A stretch of DNA of 64,000 nucleotides, from assembly GCA_963676795.2 (NCBI GenBank), contig CAXXTB010000002.1, positions 608,001 to 672,000 on the forward strand. Direction: 5' to 3'. Below the pieces are notes generated by a model, which was not told where the DNA came from, searched no databases, and saw nothing but the letters and a program-made list of their open reading frames with translations. Shown here in pieces: positions 10,222-20,443 of this stretch (the first letter of the stretch is position 1; the number at the start of each line of letters is the position of its first letter). Both the position numbers and the translations under genes were made by a program. Source of the DNA: Geopsychrobacteraceae bacterium. GTDB taxonomy: Bacteria > Desulfobacterota > Desulfuromonadia > Desulfuromonadales > Geopsychrobacteraceae.

Positions 10222-10932
10222 TCAGCCCCTCTGCGGGACGTCTTTGACAGCAAACTCCCAGAACGGATTGCGCCGCAGCAGCCATTCCTTTTCCAGCTCG
10301 CTGTAGGTCAGCGCCTTGTGGACCGACTGGCCGAGCTCGCAGGGGACGAAGGAAAGTTGCTCGACACCGAAGATGTCGTTGATGGTCTGCATCATCATCT
10401 GTTCCAGTTGATCGAGCAGGCCGATGCTGTAGCTGTGGCGCTTCTCGTTGCAGATTTTGACATCGAGGGAATGGTAGGCACGGCATTTGAACGGGCGCAC
10501 CACGTAGATCTGGCAGGCCCCCTGCTCATTGGCGAAAGGGCAGACCTTCTGGTAGTCGTGGGTCTGCAGGCCGGACACGTAATCGGCATGTTCCTTGAGT
10601 CGCTGCTCCCAGATTTCCAGTTCATCAGCTTTGTGCTCACGCAGATAGTTGACGATGTTGAAGATCTCGGCCGGCAGGGCGGAGACCCTGAATTCGCAGC
10701 ACTGGGTACAGCCAAGCTGGCAATCGAGAGAACAATCTTTGAGGTTGGGGGTGACGATTTCGTAGAAGCTGTCCTGCAGCTTGTAGAGTTCATGCATCAT
10801 CGCCGCCTTTGTCGCGACATTCCGTCCTTCGGCGTTCATGGCGTAGATACGGCCGAAGCTCTCTTCAAATGAGGTATTGATGGCCGTGACCATCTGCTCC
10901 ATGTTTTCTTCGCGTAAGATATTTTCTTCCAT
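10222..10932 (-). CDS. YkgJ/UPF0153-family cysteine-cluster protein
   Basis: CQLGCTQCC ... CPF ... CQIYVVRPFKCRAY motifs. Confidence 0.85.
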   Translation of the reverse strand: MEENILREENMEQMVTAINTSFEESFGRIYAMNAEGRNVATKAAMMHELYKLQDSFYEIVTPNLKDCSLDCQLGCTQCCEFRVSALPAEIFNIVNYLREHKADELEIWEQRLKEHADYVSGLQTHDYQKVCPFANEQGACQIYVVRPFKCRAYHSLDVKICNEKRHSYSIGLLDQLEQMMMQTINDIFGVEQLSFVPCELGQSVHKALTYSELEKEWLLRRNPFWEFAVKDVPQRG

Positions 10933-10997
10933 TCTGTTTCGTCCTTCCTGGGTGTAACCGGGGGGGGGGACTCCCCCCTCTGGAGCGGTCTTTACGG

Positions 10998-12194
10998 CTA
11001 AAGGGTGACCTCGATGTCGGCGATGACCTCGTTGGCGATTTTTCGGGCCTGATCGACGGAGTCGGCTTTGGCCAGGGCGACACCGAGGCGGCGCTTGCCG
11101 GAGATTTCCGGTTTGCCGAACAGGCGCAGCTGGGTGCCCGGGCGCTTGAGGGCTTTGCCGAGGTTGCCGTACTGCATCGCCCGGGATTCTCCCTCCACCA
11201 GCAGAACCGCTGAAGCTGACGGGCCGTAGAGAACAATCTTGGGGATCGGCAGGCCGAGAATCGCCCTGGCGTGGAGGGCAAATTCCGACAGTTCCTGGGA
11301 GATCAGGGTGACCAGCCCGGTGTCGTGCGGGCGCGGGGAGACTTCACTGAAGATGACGTGATCCCCTCTGACGAACAGTTCGACGCCAAACAGACCCCGG
11401 CCGCCAAGGTTTTCGGTCACCGCCCTGGCAATCTGCTGGGCGCGCTCCAGAGCGACCGGGCTCATCCCCTGCGGTTGCCAGGATTCCTGGTAGTCGCCTC
11501 GTTCCTGGCGGTGGCCGATCGGGGCGCAGAAGCTGGTCTGGATGTTGCCGTCACCGTCAGCATGGCGGATCGTCAGCAGGGTGATTTCAAAGTCGAAATC
11601 GACAAAGCCCTCGACGATGACCTTCCCTTTGCCGGCCCGGCCGCCCTCCTGGGCGTAATCCCAGGCCGCGTCGATGTCCTGTTCCTTACGAATCAGACTC
11701 TGTCCTTTCCCGGACGAGCTCATGATCGGTTTGACCAGGCAGGGCAGGCCGATGGTCGCGACGGCCTGATGGTATTCTTCCTTGTTCTCGGCAAATTGGT
11801 AGCGTGAGGTTGGCAGACCCAGTGTTTCTGCGGCCAGACGGCGGATTCCCTCGCGGTTCATGGTCAACTGGGTCGCTCTGGCCGTCGGTATGACGGTAAA
11901 TCCTTCCTGTTCGAGTTCGGCGAGGGTGTCGGTTGCAATCGCTTCGATTTCAGGGACGATATAGGCTGGGCGTTCCTGTTCGATGACAGCCCGCAAGGCT
12001 GCACCGTCGAGCATGGAAATAACATGGCTGCGATTCGCGACCTGCATGGCCGGAGCGTTAGGATAGCGATCTACGGCAATAACTTCACAACCCAGACGCT
12101 GTAATTCAATGACGACTTCTTTGCCCAGCTCACCGGAGCCGCACAGCAGCACGCGGGTAGCGCTTGGTGAAAAAGGGGTTCCAATTCTGGACAT
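10998..12194 (-). CDS. purT: Formate-dependent phosphoribosylglycinamide formyltransferase
   Basis: [44 protein letters not shown]. Confidence 0.97.
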   Translation of the reverse strand: MSRIGTPFSPSATRVLLCGSGELGKEVVIELQRLGCEVIAVDRYPNAPAMQVANRSHVISMLDGAALRAVIEQERPAYIVPEIEAIATDTLAELEQEGFTVIPTARATQLTMNREGIRRLAAETLGLPTSRYQFAENKEEYHQAVATIGLPCLVKPIMSSSGKGQSLIRKEQDIDAAWDYAQEGGRAGKGKVIVEGFVDFDFEITLLTIRHADGDGNIQTSFCAPIGHRQERGDYQESWQPQGMSPVALERAQQIARAVTENLGGRGLFGVELFVRGDHVIFSEVSPRPHDTGLVTLISQELSEFALHARAILGLPIPKIVLYGPSASAVLLVEGESRAMQYGNLGKALKRPGTQLRLFGKPEISGKRRLGVALAKADSVDQARKIANEVIADIEVTL

Positions 12195-12432
12195 AGGATT
12201 CAATCCTGCACTTCTAAAGATATTAGCGGTCTGTAAACATTTTTCGTCCGGCTAAGGTAAGTGAAACGATGAATTGCTACAAGGGAAAATATGGTTTATG
12301 ATTCAGGGCAGCCGTAAGCTGCCGGCTGATTTTGCCAGGAATCAGAAAAATCCACTGTCATTTGTTACACTATTTTCATGGATGTAAGTATTTGAATGAA
12401 AATCTGAGCAGGCTTGCGAGGAAACCCGTTGA

Positions 12433-15060
12433 ATGAAAGACGGTTTTTTCATGTATCGCCAGTTTTTGGAGGCCTGTCCGGACGCTGTTCTCCTGGTTCC
12501 GGCGGACGCCGTCAATCCCTGTTTTACCGATGTCAACAAGAGAGCTGTGGCGCTCTACGGCTATAGCCTGGATGAGTTCAGACATCTGCACCTGTCCGAT
12601 CTGCAACAGTCTGCGGAACCTGTCTCCTTATCTGCTGACACCTCCCCACTGCACGGTGTTCATCTGAGCAAAGAAGCGGTCCCATTTCCTGTCGAAATTC
12701 ACATTTCCAGCGTTGATATCGATGACAGAGAATTTTATCAGCTGATCGTCCGTGATTTAAGTCATGAAGTGGAACTCTTCAAGGCACTTAGGTTCAGCCA
12801 GGAGTATTTTCGTACCGCTTTTCACGCCAGCCCTGACTCGATCAATATCAATCGCCTAAGTGACGGCGTCTTCATCAAAGTCAATGCCGGTTTTACCCGG
12901 ATTATGGGCTATCAGCCGGATGAGGTGCTGGGCAGGTCCTCACTGGAACTCAACATCTGGAAAGACGAGGGCGATCGGCAGAAACTGTTGGCGCGGGTCG
13001 CTCAAACCGGGATCGTCGAAAACCTGGAAGCGCGCTTTGTGGCCAAGGATGGCAGTATCAAACACGGACTGATGTCAGCCCGGGTTATCGATATGAACGA
13101 TGAAAAGGTGATCCTTTCGATAACGCGTGATATCACCGAGCGCAGACATGAGCAGGAGGAGTTGCGACGGCAGTCCATCATTTTCGAAAAACTGACGCTG
13201 GCCGCCAAAGATGGAATCGTTCTGTTGAGCCCCGAGGGGGAAGTCGTCTTCTGGAACCCGGGGGCCGTGCAGATTTTTGGCTATAGTGCGGAAGAGATGC
13301 TGGGGCGGAATCTGCACCGGATTCTTGCCCCGGAGCCTTACCTCTCGAGGTTTCTGGACAACTTTCCTCATTTCGTCAATACGGGGGAGGGGGCTGCAGT
13401 CGGCAAGACGCTCGAACTCAAGGCTCTGCATAAAAGTGGTGAGATGATCGATATCGAACTGTCGGTATCGGCCTTCGAGCTGGACGGTTCATTTCAGGCC
13501 ATGGCCATTGTCCGTGATGTAACGACCAGGAAAAATCAGGAAGAGGAGATGGCCCTGTTGCACTTTGCTATAGAGCATACCAGCGAGGAAGTGCATCTGG
13601 TCAGTGCTTCCGGCCAGCTGATGTATGTGAATCGGGCTGCCTGCCGATCTTTGGGCTATGAGCGTTCAGAGCTGATCGGCATGATGATTACCGATATCGC
13701 ACCACGGCGGACCCCCGAGGTCTGGACTGATCACTGGCAGGAGCTGGAGAAGCGCAAGGTGATTTCTCTGGAAACCGTGCAGCAACGCAAAGATGGCAGC
13801 CTCTACCCTGTTTGGGTCACGGCCAACTACTTTGAATATGGCGGGAACAGGTACAATCTCGCCATGATCCTTGATCTGACTGAGATAAAACGCCAGGAAG
13901 AGGAAAAGCTGCAACTCGAGCGGCAGATGGTTCAGACCCAGAAGCTGGAAAGCCTGGGGGTGCTGGCCGGAGGCGTGGCCCATGATTTCAATAATCTGCT
14001 TGCCGCGATCATGGGTCATGCCGAATTGACCAAACGGCGCCTGCCTGAGGGGTCGAAGGCGATAGATAACTTGCTCCAGATTGAGCAGGCCGCAGCGCGT
14101 GCCGCCGACCTGGCCAGGCAGATGCTGGCCTATTCCGGAAGGGGTAAATTTGTTATCGAGACGATTGACCTGAACCAGGTCCTTCAGGAAATACTGCAGA
14201 TGCTCAAGGTCTCCATCCCTAAAAATGTTTCGCTCCGGTTTGAACCTCACTTTCCGTTGCCGGGTATCGATGCGGATGCAACCCAGATTCGCCAGATCAT
14301 CATGAACCTGGTCATCAACGCCGCTGAAGCGATCGGTAACAACAGTGGAACTATAAGCATCGCTACCGGCAGTCTTTTCTGTGATCAGGAGTGCTTGAAA
14401 AAGGCCTGTTTTAACGAGAATCTCGAGGTCGGTCCCTATGTCTACCTTGAGGTCGCTGATACCGGTTGCGGGATGGACGAAGCGACCCAGGCCAGGCTCT
14501 TCGATCCGTTTTTTACCACCAAGTTTACCGGTCGGGGCCTCGGCATGTCGGCAGTGATGGGGATTATCCGCGGTCATAAAGGAGCGATATCGGTCCGCAG
14601 CTCCAAAGGGGAGGGGACCGTCTTCAGGGTCCTGTTCCCGGCGTCCCAGGCTGAGATTCAGGGGATAACAGGAGCTGAACCGGTCGAAGACTGGCGAGGC
14701 TCAGGAACCGTGCTGCTGGTTGACGATGAGGCGGCGGTGCGTGGCATCTGCCGGCAGATGCTCGAAGAGCTCGGTTTTGATGTGCTTGTGGCGGATGACG
14801 GGAAAGAGGCCCTGGAGATTTTTATCCGTCATCCGGAGATTGTTCTGGTGCTGCTCGATCTGACCATGCCCAATATGGACGGGATCAGTTGCTTAACGGA
14901 ACTCCGGAATATCAATTCGCAGACACCGGTTATTCTCTCGAGTGGCTATAACGAGTCTGAAATCGTCAAAAAGTTCGGCAGCATCGGGGTTGCCGGTTTT
15001 GTGCAGAAGCCCTATCGACTGGGTGTGTTGACGGAAACGATCAGTCGCCTCTTTCATTAG
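12433..15060 (+). CDS. Cytoplasmic multi-PAS hybrid histidine kinase/response regulator
   Basis: Four PAS-like domains, H box GVAHDFNN, FTTKFTGRGLG, C-terminal REC domain; alternative start at 12451. Confidence 0.92.
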   Translation: MKDGFFMYRQFLEACPDAVLLVPADAVNPCFTDVNKRAVALYGYSLDEFRHLHLSDLQQSAEPVSLSADTSPLHGVHLSKEAVPFPVEIHISSVDIDDREFYQLIVRDLSHEVELFKALRFSQEYFRTAFHASPDSININRLSDGVFIKVNAGFTRIMGYQPDEVLGRSSLELNIWKDEGDRQKLLARVAQTGIVENLEARFVAKDGSIKHGLMSARVIDMNDEKVILSITRDITERRHEQEELRRQSIIFEKLTLAAKDGIVLLSPEGEVVFWNPGAVQIFGYSAEEMLGRNLHRILAPEPYLSRFLDNFPHFVNTGEGAAVGKTLELKALHKSGEMIDIELSVSAFELDGSFQAMAIVRDVTTRKNQEEEMALLHFAIEHTSEEVHLVSASGQLMYVNRAACRSLGYERSELIGMMITDIAPRRTPEVWTDHWQELEKRKVISLETVQQRKDGSLYPVWVTANYFEYGGNRYNLAMILDLTEIKRQEEEKLQLERQMVQTQKLESLGVLAGGVAHDFNNLLAAIMGHAELTKRRLPEGSKAIDNLLQIEQAAARAADLARQMLAYSGRGKFVIETIDLNQVLQEILQMLKVSIPKNVSLRFEPHFPLPGIDADATQIRQIIMNLVINAAEAIGNNSGTISIATGSLFCDQECLKKACFNENLEVGPYVYLEVADTGCGMDEATQARLFDPFFTTKFTGRGLGMSAVMGIIRGHKGAISVRSSKGEGTVFRVLFPASQAEIQGITGAEPVEDWRGSGTVLLVDDEAAVRGICRQMLEELGFDVLVADDGKEALEIFIRHPEIVLVLLDLTMPNMDGISCLTELRNINSQTPVILSSGYNESEIVKKFGSIGVAGFVQKPYRLGVLTETISRLFH

Positions 15061-15182
15061 GGGGGGGGGCTGGCTTATTATCGCACTTCGGTGTTATCCT
15101 CGGTCATTCGGGCTGTTGCTGACGTAATATTAACGCCGGATTATCACTGTCGACCGGAAGTTGTTCCCTGAAATGGAGGGTT

Positions 15183-15983
15183 ATGGATCTGGCATTATTC
15201 AATATGCAGCAGAGGGTACAGGTTCGCGCTCTCTTTCTTGCCGAGCGTATTCAGCTCAAGGATTTTGAAAAGGCTCAGAGCCTGGCGAAAAAGCCGTTGC
15301 TGCTGACCGCCGGAAGTTCCGGTTGTGCGGCGCTGTTTCGCTATGGTGCGGTGGTCGTCTTCGGCCTGACGGCCATCGAAGAAACGACCTTCCTCGACAG
15401 TCTCAAGCCTTACCTCGAGGAGCCTTTTGAGCAGTTGCTGGGCGAGGAGATTGTACTCTGTCTCGAACCTGACCAGAAAGAAGGGGTTGATGGCGGTACC
15501 ATTACGGTCAATACCTTTTCCGTGGAACATCTGCAGGTTATCGCCGAGGTTCTGGCCCGCAGCCTGGTCCTGGAACGTTACGAGACGGTCGTCGCCCGCA
15601 GCTTTCAGCGCATTGAACCTCTGGCCGAAACCCTGCAGCAGTCGGGCCGTCCCGGTTCCAAGGGGCGGGACCTGTTGCGTCATATCGGCGACACCCTGTC
15701 GATCCAGGGGCGGATGGTCGGCCGGGTTGAGATCAAGGAAAAGCCGGATCTGCTCTGGTACTACCCGGAACATGAACGCATCTATCAGCGGCTGGTTGAT
15801 GAATACGAACTCGACGATCGCCATCTGGTGCTTGAGCACAAGCTCGATCTGCTCTCGCGCACGGCGGAAACCCTGCTCAGTCTGCTGCAGAACAAACGCA
15901 GCCTGCGGGTCGAATGGTATATCACCCTGCTGATCGTGCTGGAGATCCTGCTGACGCTTTACGAACTGTTTATCAGACACTGA
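15183..15983 (+). CDS. RMD1/DUF155-family protein
   Basis: LFRYGAVVVFG, KPDLLW, C-terminal TM LRVEWYITLLIVLEI. Confidence 0.85.
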   Translation: MDLALFNMQQRVQVRALFLAERIQLKDFEKAQSLAKKPLLLTAGSSGCAALFRYGAVVVFGLTAIEETTFLDSLKPYLEEPFEQLLGEEIVLCLEPDQKEGVDGGTITVNTFSVEHLQVIAEVLARSLVLERYETVVARSFQRIEPLAETLQQSGRPGSKGRDLLRHIGDTLSIQGRMVGRVEIKEKPDLLWYYPEHERIYQRLVDEYELDDRHLVLEHKLDLLSRTAETLLSLLQNKRSLRVEWYITLLIVLEILLTLYELFIRH

Positions 15984-16022
15984 CAACAAACCCAATCTAC
16001 AAATTTTCCCGATAAGTTGCTT

Positions 16023-17114
16023 ATGCACGGTGATATTTTTCTCCTCATTGTTTTTGTTCTGCTGGCGCTGCTGGTTTCATTTCTCTGCTCGATCGCTGAA
16101 ACGGTCCTGTTGAGTGTCACGCCCTCGTACATCGAAGGTCTCAAAGTGGTTAAGCCGAAACGGGCGAAGCTGTTGGAACGGCTCAAAATCTCCCAGCTCG
16201 ATCGCTCTCTGGCCGCGATCCTGACGCTGAACACCATCGCCCACACCATCGGTGCCATCGGGGCGGGGGCCAAGGCGACAAGCGTTTTCGGCAGTACCTG
16301 GTTCGGCGTCTTTTCGGCCTTTATGACCTTTATGATCCTGTTTTTCTCGGAGATTGTGCCAAAGACGATTGGTGCCGTTTTCTGGCCCAGGCTGACATTT
16401 GCTGCGGCCATGTTTGTTTCGTTTCTGATCGTTACCCTGTATCCGGTGGTCTGGCTGTCCGAACTGGTGACCCGGTTGCTGGTGCGTGGGCGGAATATTC
16501 ATCTGTTCAGTCGCGAAGAATTTATCGCCATGATGAAGATCGGTGAACGCTCCGGTGGGATTCAGCGCAATGAATCGCGGATCATCCGCAACCTGCTGAA
16601 ATACGATTCCCTGCGCATTGACGAAATCATGACACCGCGTACGGTGATTTCAGCCCTGCCGGAAAGTGCCTGTGTCGACGAGATTCTTGATTTGATCACG
16701 GACTCCCCGTTTTCCCGACTGCCGGTTTATCGGGACAGCCTGGATGATGTGAGCGGTTTTGTCCTTAAGGCGGACGTGCTGGCGGCCAAGGCCAATGGTG
16801 ATAACAGCGCGACGCTGTCGGAACTGAAGCGGGAGATCCTCACAGTTCCTAAATCCCTGCAGCTGTCGGTTTTGTTTGACCGTCTGTTGCGCGGACGGCA
16901 GCACATTGCTCTGGTGATCGATGAATACGGCGGTACCAGCGGTGTGGTGACTCTGGAGGATCTGCTCGAAACCCTCCTGGGGATGGAGATCATGGATGAA
17001 ACCGACAGTGTCGAGGATATGCGTTTGCTCGCTCAGGTCAAATGGATGGAACGGGCTGCGGCACTCGGTATTCACCATGAAAAAGGTGGCGCAGGACGAA
17101 AGCCGGGCCGCTAG
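16023..17114 (+). CDS. CNNM (DUF21) + CBS domain protein (hemolysin/CorB-like)
   Basis: SFLCSIAE, FSEIVPKTIG, CBS motifs IMTPR, FSRLPVY, DEYGGTSGVVTLEDLLE. Confidence 0.9.
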   Translation: MHGDIFLLIVFVLLALLVSFLCSIAETVLLSVTPSYIEGLKVVKPKRAKLLERLKISQLDRSLAAILTLNTIAHTIGAIGAGAKATSVFGSTWFGVFSAFMTFMILFFSEIVPKTIGAVFWPRLTFAAAMFVSFLIVTLYPVVWLSELVTRLLVRGRNIHLFSREEFIAMMKIGERSGGIQRNESRIIRNLLKYDSLRIDEIMTPRTVISALPESACVDEILDLITDSPFSRLPVYRDSLDDVSGFVLKADVLAAKANGDNSATLSELKREILTVPKSLQLSVLFDRLLRGRQHIALVIDEYGGTSGVVTLEDLLETLLGMEIMDETDSVEDMRLLAQVKWMERAAALGIHHEKGGAGRKPGR

Positions 17115-17566
17115 GAGCGGACGGGTTCGCCGATATCCTCATTCCAGATCTCCGGGGTTTCGGCAATAAAGCGCTTCATCAGCTCACGGCAGCCGGGATC
17201 GTTCAGTACGACCAGCTCGACCCCGCGTTCGCGCAGTAATTGTTCCTCTCCGACGAAGGTCTGATTTTCTCCGATGACCACCCTGGGGATCTTGTAGAGC
17301 AGGATCGCCCCGGAGCACATGGCGCAGGGCGATAAGGTCGTGTAGAGGGTGGCCCGCTGATAGTCTTCTGCCTTCAGGCGCCCTGCGTTCTGCAGCGCGT
17401 CCATTTCACCGTGGAGGATCGGGTTGCCGCCCTGAATCCTGCGGTTATGGCCCCGGCCGACCACCTTTCCGTCAATGACCAGCACCGAACCGATCGGGAT
17501 GCCGCCTTCAGCGTAGCCCTGTTTCGCTTCGTCAAGAGCGATTTGCATGAAATATTGATCGGTCAT
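17111..17566 (-). CDS. Cytosine/nucleoside deaminase (yeast-type Zn-dependent fold)
   Basis: HGE and PCAMC Zn motifs; C-terminal WNEDIGE. Confidence 0.9.
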   Translation of the reverse strand: MTDQYFMQIALDEAKQGYAEGGIPIGSVLVIDGKVVGRGHNRRIQGGNPILHGEMDALQNAGRLKAEDYQRATLYTTLSPCAMCSGAILLYKIPRVVIGENQTFVGEEQLLRERGVELVVLNDPGCRELMKRFIAETPEIWNEDIGEPVRS

Positions 17567-17597
17567 GGTCCCTTCTCCTTTGACATTTATCGGGTGG

Positions 17598-18059
17598 TCA
17601 ATAGCCGAAAGTCGTGTTCAGCTGAGCTTGTTTTTGCTGATATTTATCAGTTTTAGAGAAAATTTTCTGGTGATATTTCTGTTCTGCCTGTTGAACCTTT
17701 GCCGGTTTCCCTTCGCGTTGTGCTTCTTCGAGATCATCCTGGTATTCATTGAAGGCCTCTTCCAGATCCTCTCTGTACTCTTCTTTCTGTCCTGCAAGTT
17801 TAGCATTGAACTTTGACGATGCACCAGCCGGCATTTGAGTACAGTCGGCACGCAGGTGAACCAGTGAGTTCTGGATCCCGAGAATTTTGGAAATGTCATT
17901 GAAGTTCCTTGCTTCCTCCAGTTCCTGTTCTTTTTCACAGATGGCTCTTGCGCATCCGCTGAGCGTCATATAGCTCGCAGTTGCAAAGGCCGGAGCCGTG
18001 ACGCAAGTCAGCAGCAGGGCACTGGCGAACAGGGTTGCTAATGTTTTGATGTTTTTCAT
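17598..18059 (-). CDS. Secreted DUF1090/YqjC-like protein
   Basis: Signal peptide (PAFA), GC...C pattern followed by a charged coiled coil. Confidence 0.6.
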   Translation of the reverse strand: MKNIKTLATLFASALLLTCVTAPAFATASYMTLSGCARAICEKEQELEEARNFNDISKILGIQNSLVHLRADCTQMPAGASSKFNAKLAGQKEEYREDLEEAFNEYQDDLEEAQREGKPAKVQQAEQKYHQKIFSKTDKYQQKQAQLNTTFGY

Positions 18060-18241
18060 GGTAGACAGACCTTGGCATGTGATGGAATTCTGGGATTGGC
18101 TGGCGACAGTCCCCGTATATTTTGCCGAGTCTAGCTCATTATTCTGATTGTCTGTAAGTAAAGATTCGCAAAGATTGTGGCCCTAATGTAACAGGATGAT
18201 TCAAAAATTGGTTGTTTGTTTCAGCCGGGAATGAAACAGGG

Positions 18242-18267
18242 ACTGACCCGCAACGGCGGGTCAGTCG
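18242..18267 (-). terminator. Hairpin downstream of sod
   Basis: gactgacccgc-aacg-gcgggtcagtc perfect stem. Confidence 0.65.
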
Positions 18268-18284
18268 CAAATGATGAAGGGCGG

Positions 18285-18887
18285 TTAAGCGAGGAATAAG
18301 TGTTCAACTTCGGCCCAGTTGATGACTTTGAAAAAGGCCTCGATGTAATCGGCCCGCCGGTTCTGGTAGTTCAGATAGTAGGCATGTTCCCAGACATCGA
18401 TCCCGAGTAACGGCTGATTGCCGTGCATCAGCGGACTGTCCTGGTTCGGGGTGCTTTCAACGAGCAGTTTTTTATCCGGGGTCAGACTCAACCAGGCCCA
18501 GCCGCTGCCGAAGCGGGTCATTGCCGCATTACTGAAAGCCTCTTTGAAGGCTGTAAAACCACCGAGCTGTTGATCTATGGCTGCCGCCAGGTCTCCTTGC
18601 GGCTGCCCTCCTCCATTCGGGCTGAGGAGCGTCCAGAACAGGCTGTGATTGGCATGCCCGCCACCGTTGTTGCGAACCGCCGTGCGGATTCCCTCCGGTA
18701 CTTCGTCGAGTCTGGTGATCAGGTCCTCAATGCTCAGGTCTGTCAGGGGGGAATCCTTGATAGCGGCATTGACCTTGTCGATATACGCCTGATGGTGCTT
18801 GGTGTGATGGATTTCCATGGTCCGGGCATCGATATGGGGCTCAAGGGCATCGTAAGGATAGGAAAGGACCGGCAATCTGTAAGACAT
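18285..18887 (-). CDS. sodA: Superoxide dismutase, Fe/Mn family, Mn-type signature
   Basis: [37 protein letters not shown] before ATG 18887. Confidence 0.9.
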   Translation of the reverse strand: MSYRLPVLSYPYDALEPHIDARTMEIHHTKHHQAYIDKVNAAIKDSPLTDLSIEDLITRLDEVPEGIRTAVRNNGGGHANHSLFWTLLSPNGGGQPQGDLAAAIDQQLGGFTAFKEAFSNAAMTRFGSGWAWLSLTPDKKLLVESTPNQDSPLMHGNQPLLGIDVWEHAYYLNYQNRRADYIEAFFKVINWAEVEHLFLA

Positions 18888-19203
18888 AATTGACTCCTTC
18901 AAAATTGATAGAGGAGCTACCTTCGCTTTTGAAAACCGGGACGAGGAGTCCTCTGCGCCTTTGGCAGCTCCGTGTCTGCGTTCAGTGCACTGTCGATGTG
19001 CGTGGCAGGCAGTTTAATCAGCCTTGGAACTATGATACATTACCGAAACGGTAATAATAAAGGGGGGGCGAAGTATTTTCATCAGCGTATGAGCTGGTTG
19101 ATCTTTTGTGCCGGGAAGAAGGCCGATGTTGTATGTTAAACTGTCATTTGAGGCTGAGCTGTCTGCGTAAAGTGACTGAAACCGGAATCGGGAGGTGCTG
19201 GCG

Positions 19204-20064
19204 GTGACGGATAACAAACCTGTGATTGCTTTTGGCGAGATTGTCTGGGACATCTTTCCCGATAAAACGGTTATCGGTGGGGCTCCGCTGAATGTTGCCT
19301 ATCATCTTCAGGCTCAGAAGCGTGAGTCCGGAATCGTCAGCCGGGTCGGTGAAGATGAGTTGGGCAAGCAGACGCTGCGGCGGGTCGCTGAGCTTGGCGT
19401 TGCCGTCGATGGCATCCAGGTCGATCCGCAGTTGCCGACAGGCCGGGTCTATGTCAGTTTTGATGAAAACAGCGAACCAGGATATGAGATCGTTGAGCCG
19501 GCCGCCTGGGACAACATTCAGGCGCAGGAGCTGCCGCAGCGCCTGACGCCGGGCTCTTTTCATCTTGTTTACGGAACCCTGGCTCAGCGCAGTGAAGCCT
19601 CCTGTCAAACCTTGGAACTGCTGTTCGATCGCGCTGTCAGAAAATTCTACGATGTCAATCTGCGTCCTCCCTTTACGACCAGGGACAGGGTCGCGCATTC
19701 TTTGACCTGCGCCGATCTGGTCAAGGTCAACCGGGAAGAGCTGAGACAGCTCAATGACTGGTTCCTGTTGCAAGAGGGGGATGACCGGGCTGTCGCCCGC
19801 AGGCTGATTGAGGCCTTTGATCTGGAAGTCGTCGCAGTCACCAACTCAGCCAAGGGTGCGGCGCTGATCAGCTGTGACGAGCATGTCGAGCATCCAGGTT
19901 TTCCAGTGACCCAGGCCGATCCGGTCGGCAGCGGCGACGCCTTTTTCAGCGCCCTGATCCACTGCTATCTTGAGGGGCAGGCCTTGCCCGATTGTCTGAT
20001 TGCCGCCAATAAACTCGGCTCCTGGGTCGCCTCACAATCAGGAGCGACACCTCAGTACCCTTAG
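19204..20064 (+). CDS. PfkB-family carbohydrate kinase (fructokinase-like)
   Basis: FGEIVWD, GGAPLNVA, DVNLR, DPVGSGDAF; SD GGAGG 8 nt before GTG 19204. Confidence 0.88.
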   Translation: MTDNKPVIAFGEIVWDIFPDKTVIGGAPLNVAYHLQAQKRESGIVSRVGEDELGKQTLRRVAELGVAVDGIQVDPQLPTGRVYVSFDENSEPGYEIVEPAAWDNIQAQELPQRLTPGSFHLVYGTLAQRSEASCQTLELLFDRAVRKFYDVNLRPPFTTRDRVAHSLTCADLVKVNREELRQLNDWFLLQEGDDRAVARRLIEAFDLEVVAVTNSAKGAALISCDEHVEHPGFPVTQADPVGSGDAFFSALIHCYLEGQALPDCLIAANKLGSWVASQSGATPQYP

Positions 20065-20443
20065 TCTTTTGCTTCAGAGAGCAACTTCCGCAGACGGGCG
20101 TTACGCTTGTGGTGGTGGGAGGTTGTTTGTTTGTCTTTTCTCTCTCTTCAGCCAAACCGGCCGTGCCGAGAACGATATCACTATTTCCCATGCCTTCGCC
20201 TTTCTCAGGCGTAGAAGCCGACAAGCGACTTGAATTCGTGGTTCTTGTAGAGTAGAGTCTTTGGCGGCACGCTTTCTTCCTGTGGAGGATGGGGCCGACA
20301 CTTCATTTAAAATCCTCCGGTAGTAAGGAGCGACTGTTCTCCAGCGCTGCCTGCTCACAGTTTTTACGCAGGCGGCGAATTGAAAATGTGGCTTTGGGAC
20401 AGTGAAAGAGAGAAAGGAACCCTAATACAGACGGGAGGCTGTT

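Noticed and set aside
10960..10978. G10 tract (another at 15060-15069) as a phase-variation site
   Set aside because: Both are intergenic and just after stop codons; the first is one arm of a hairpin, so no reading frame is affected.
20181..20207. Selenocysteine readthrough at the TGA of the small ORF, prompted by the presence of mnmH
   Set aside because: An in-frame TAG follows 8 codons later and no SECIS-like hairpin or redox motif is apparent.
20101..20358. 85-aa and 92-aa ORF-track calls in the pfkB-sensor gap
   Set aside because: No convincing SD or motifs; one overlaps the end of pfkB.
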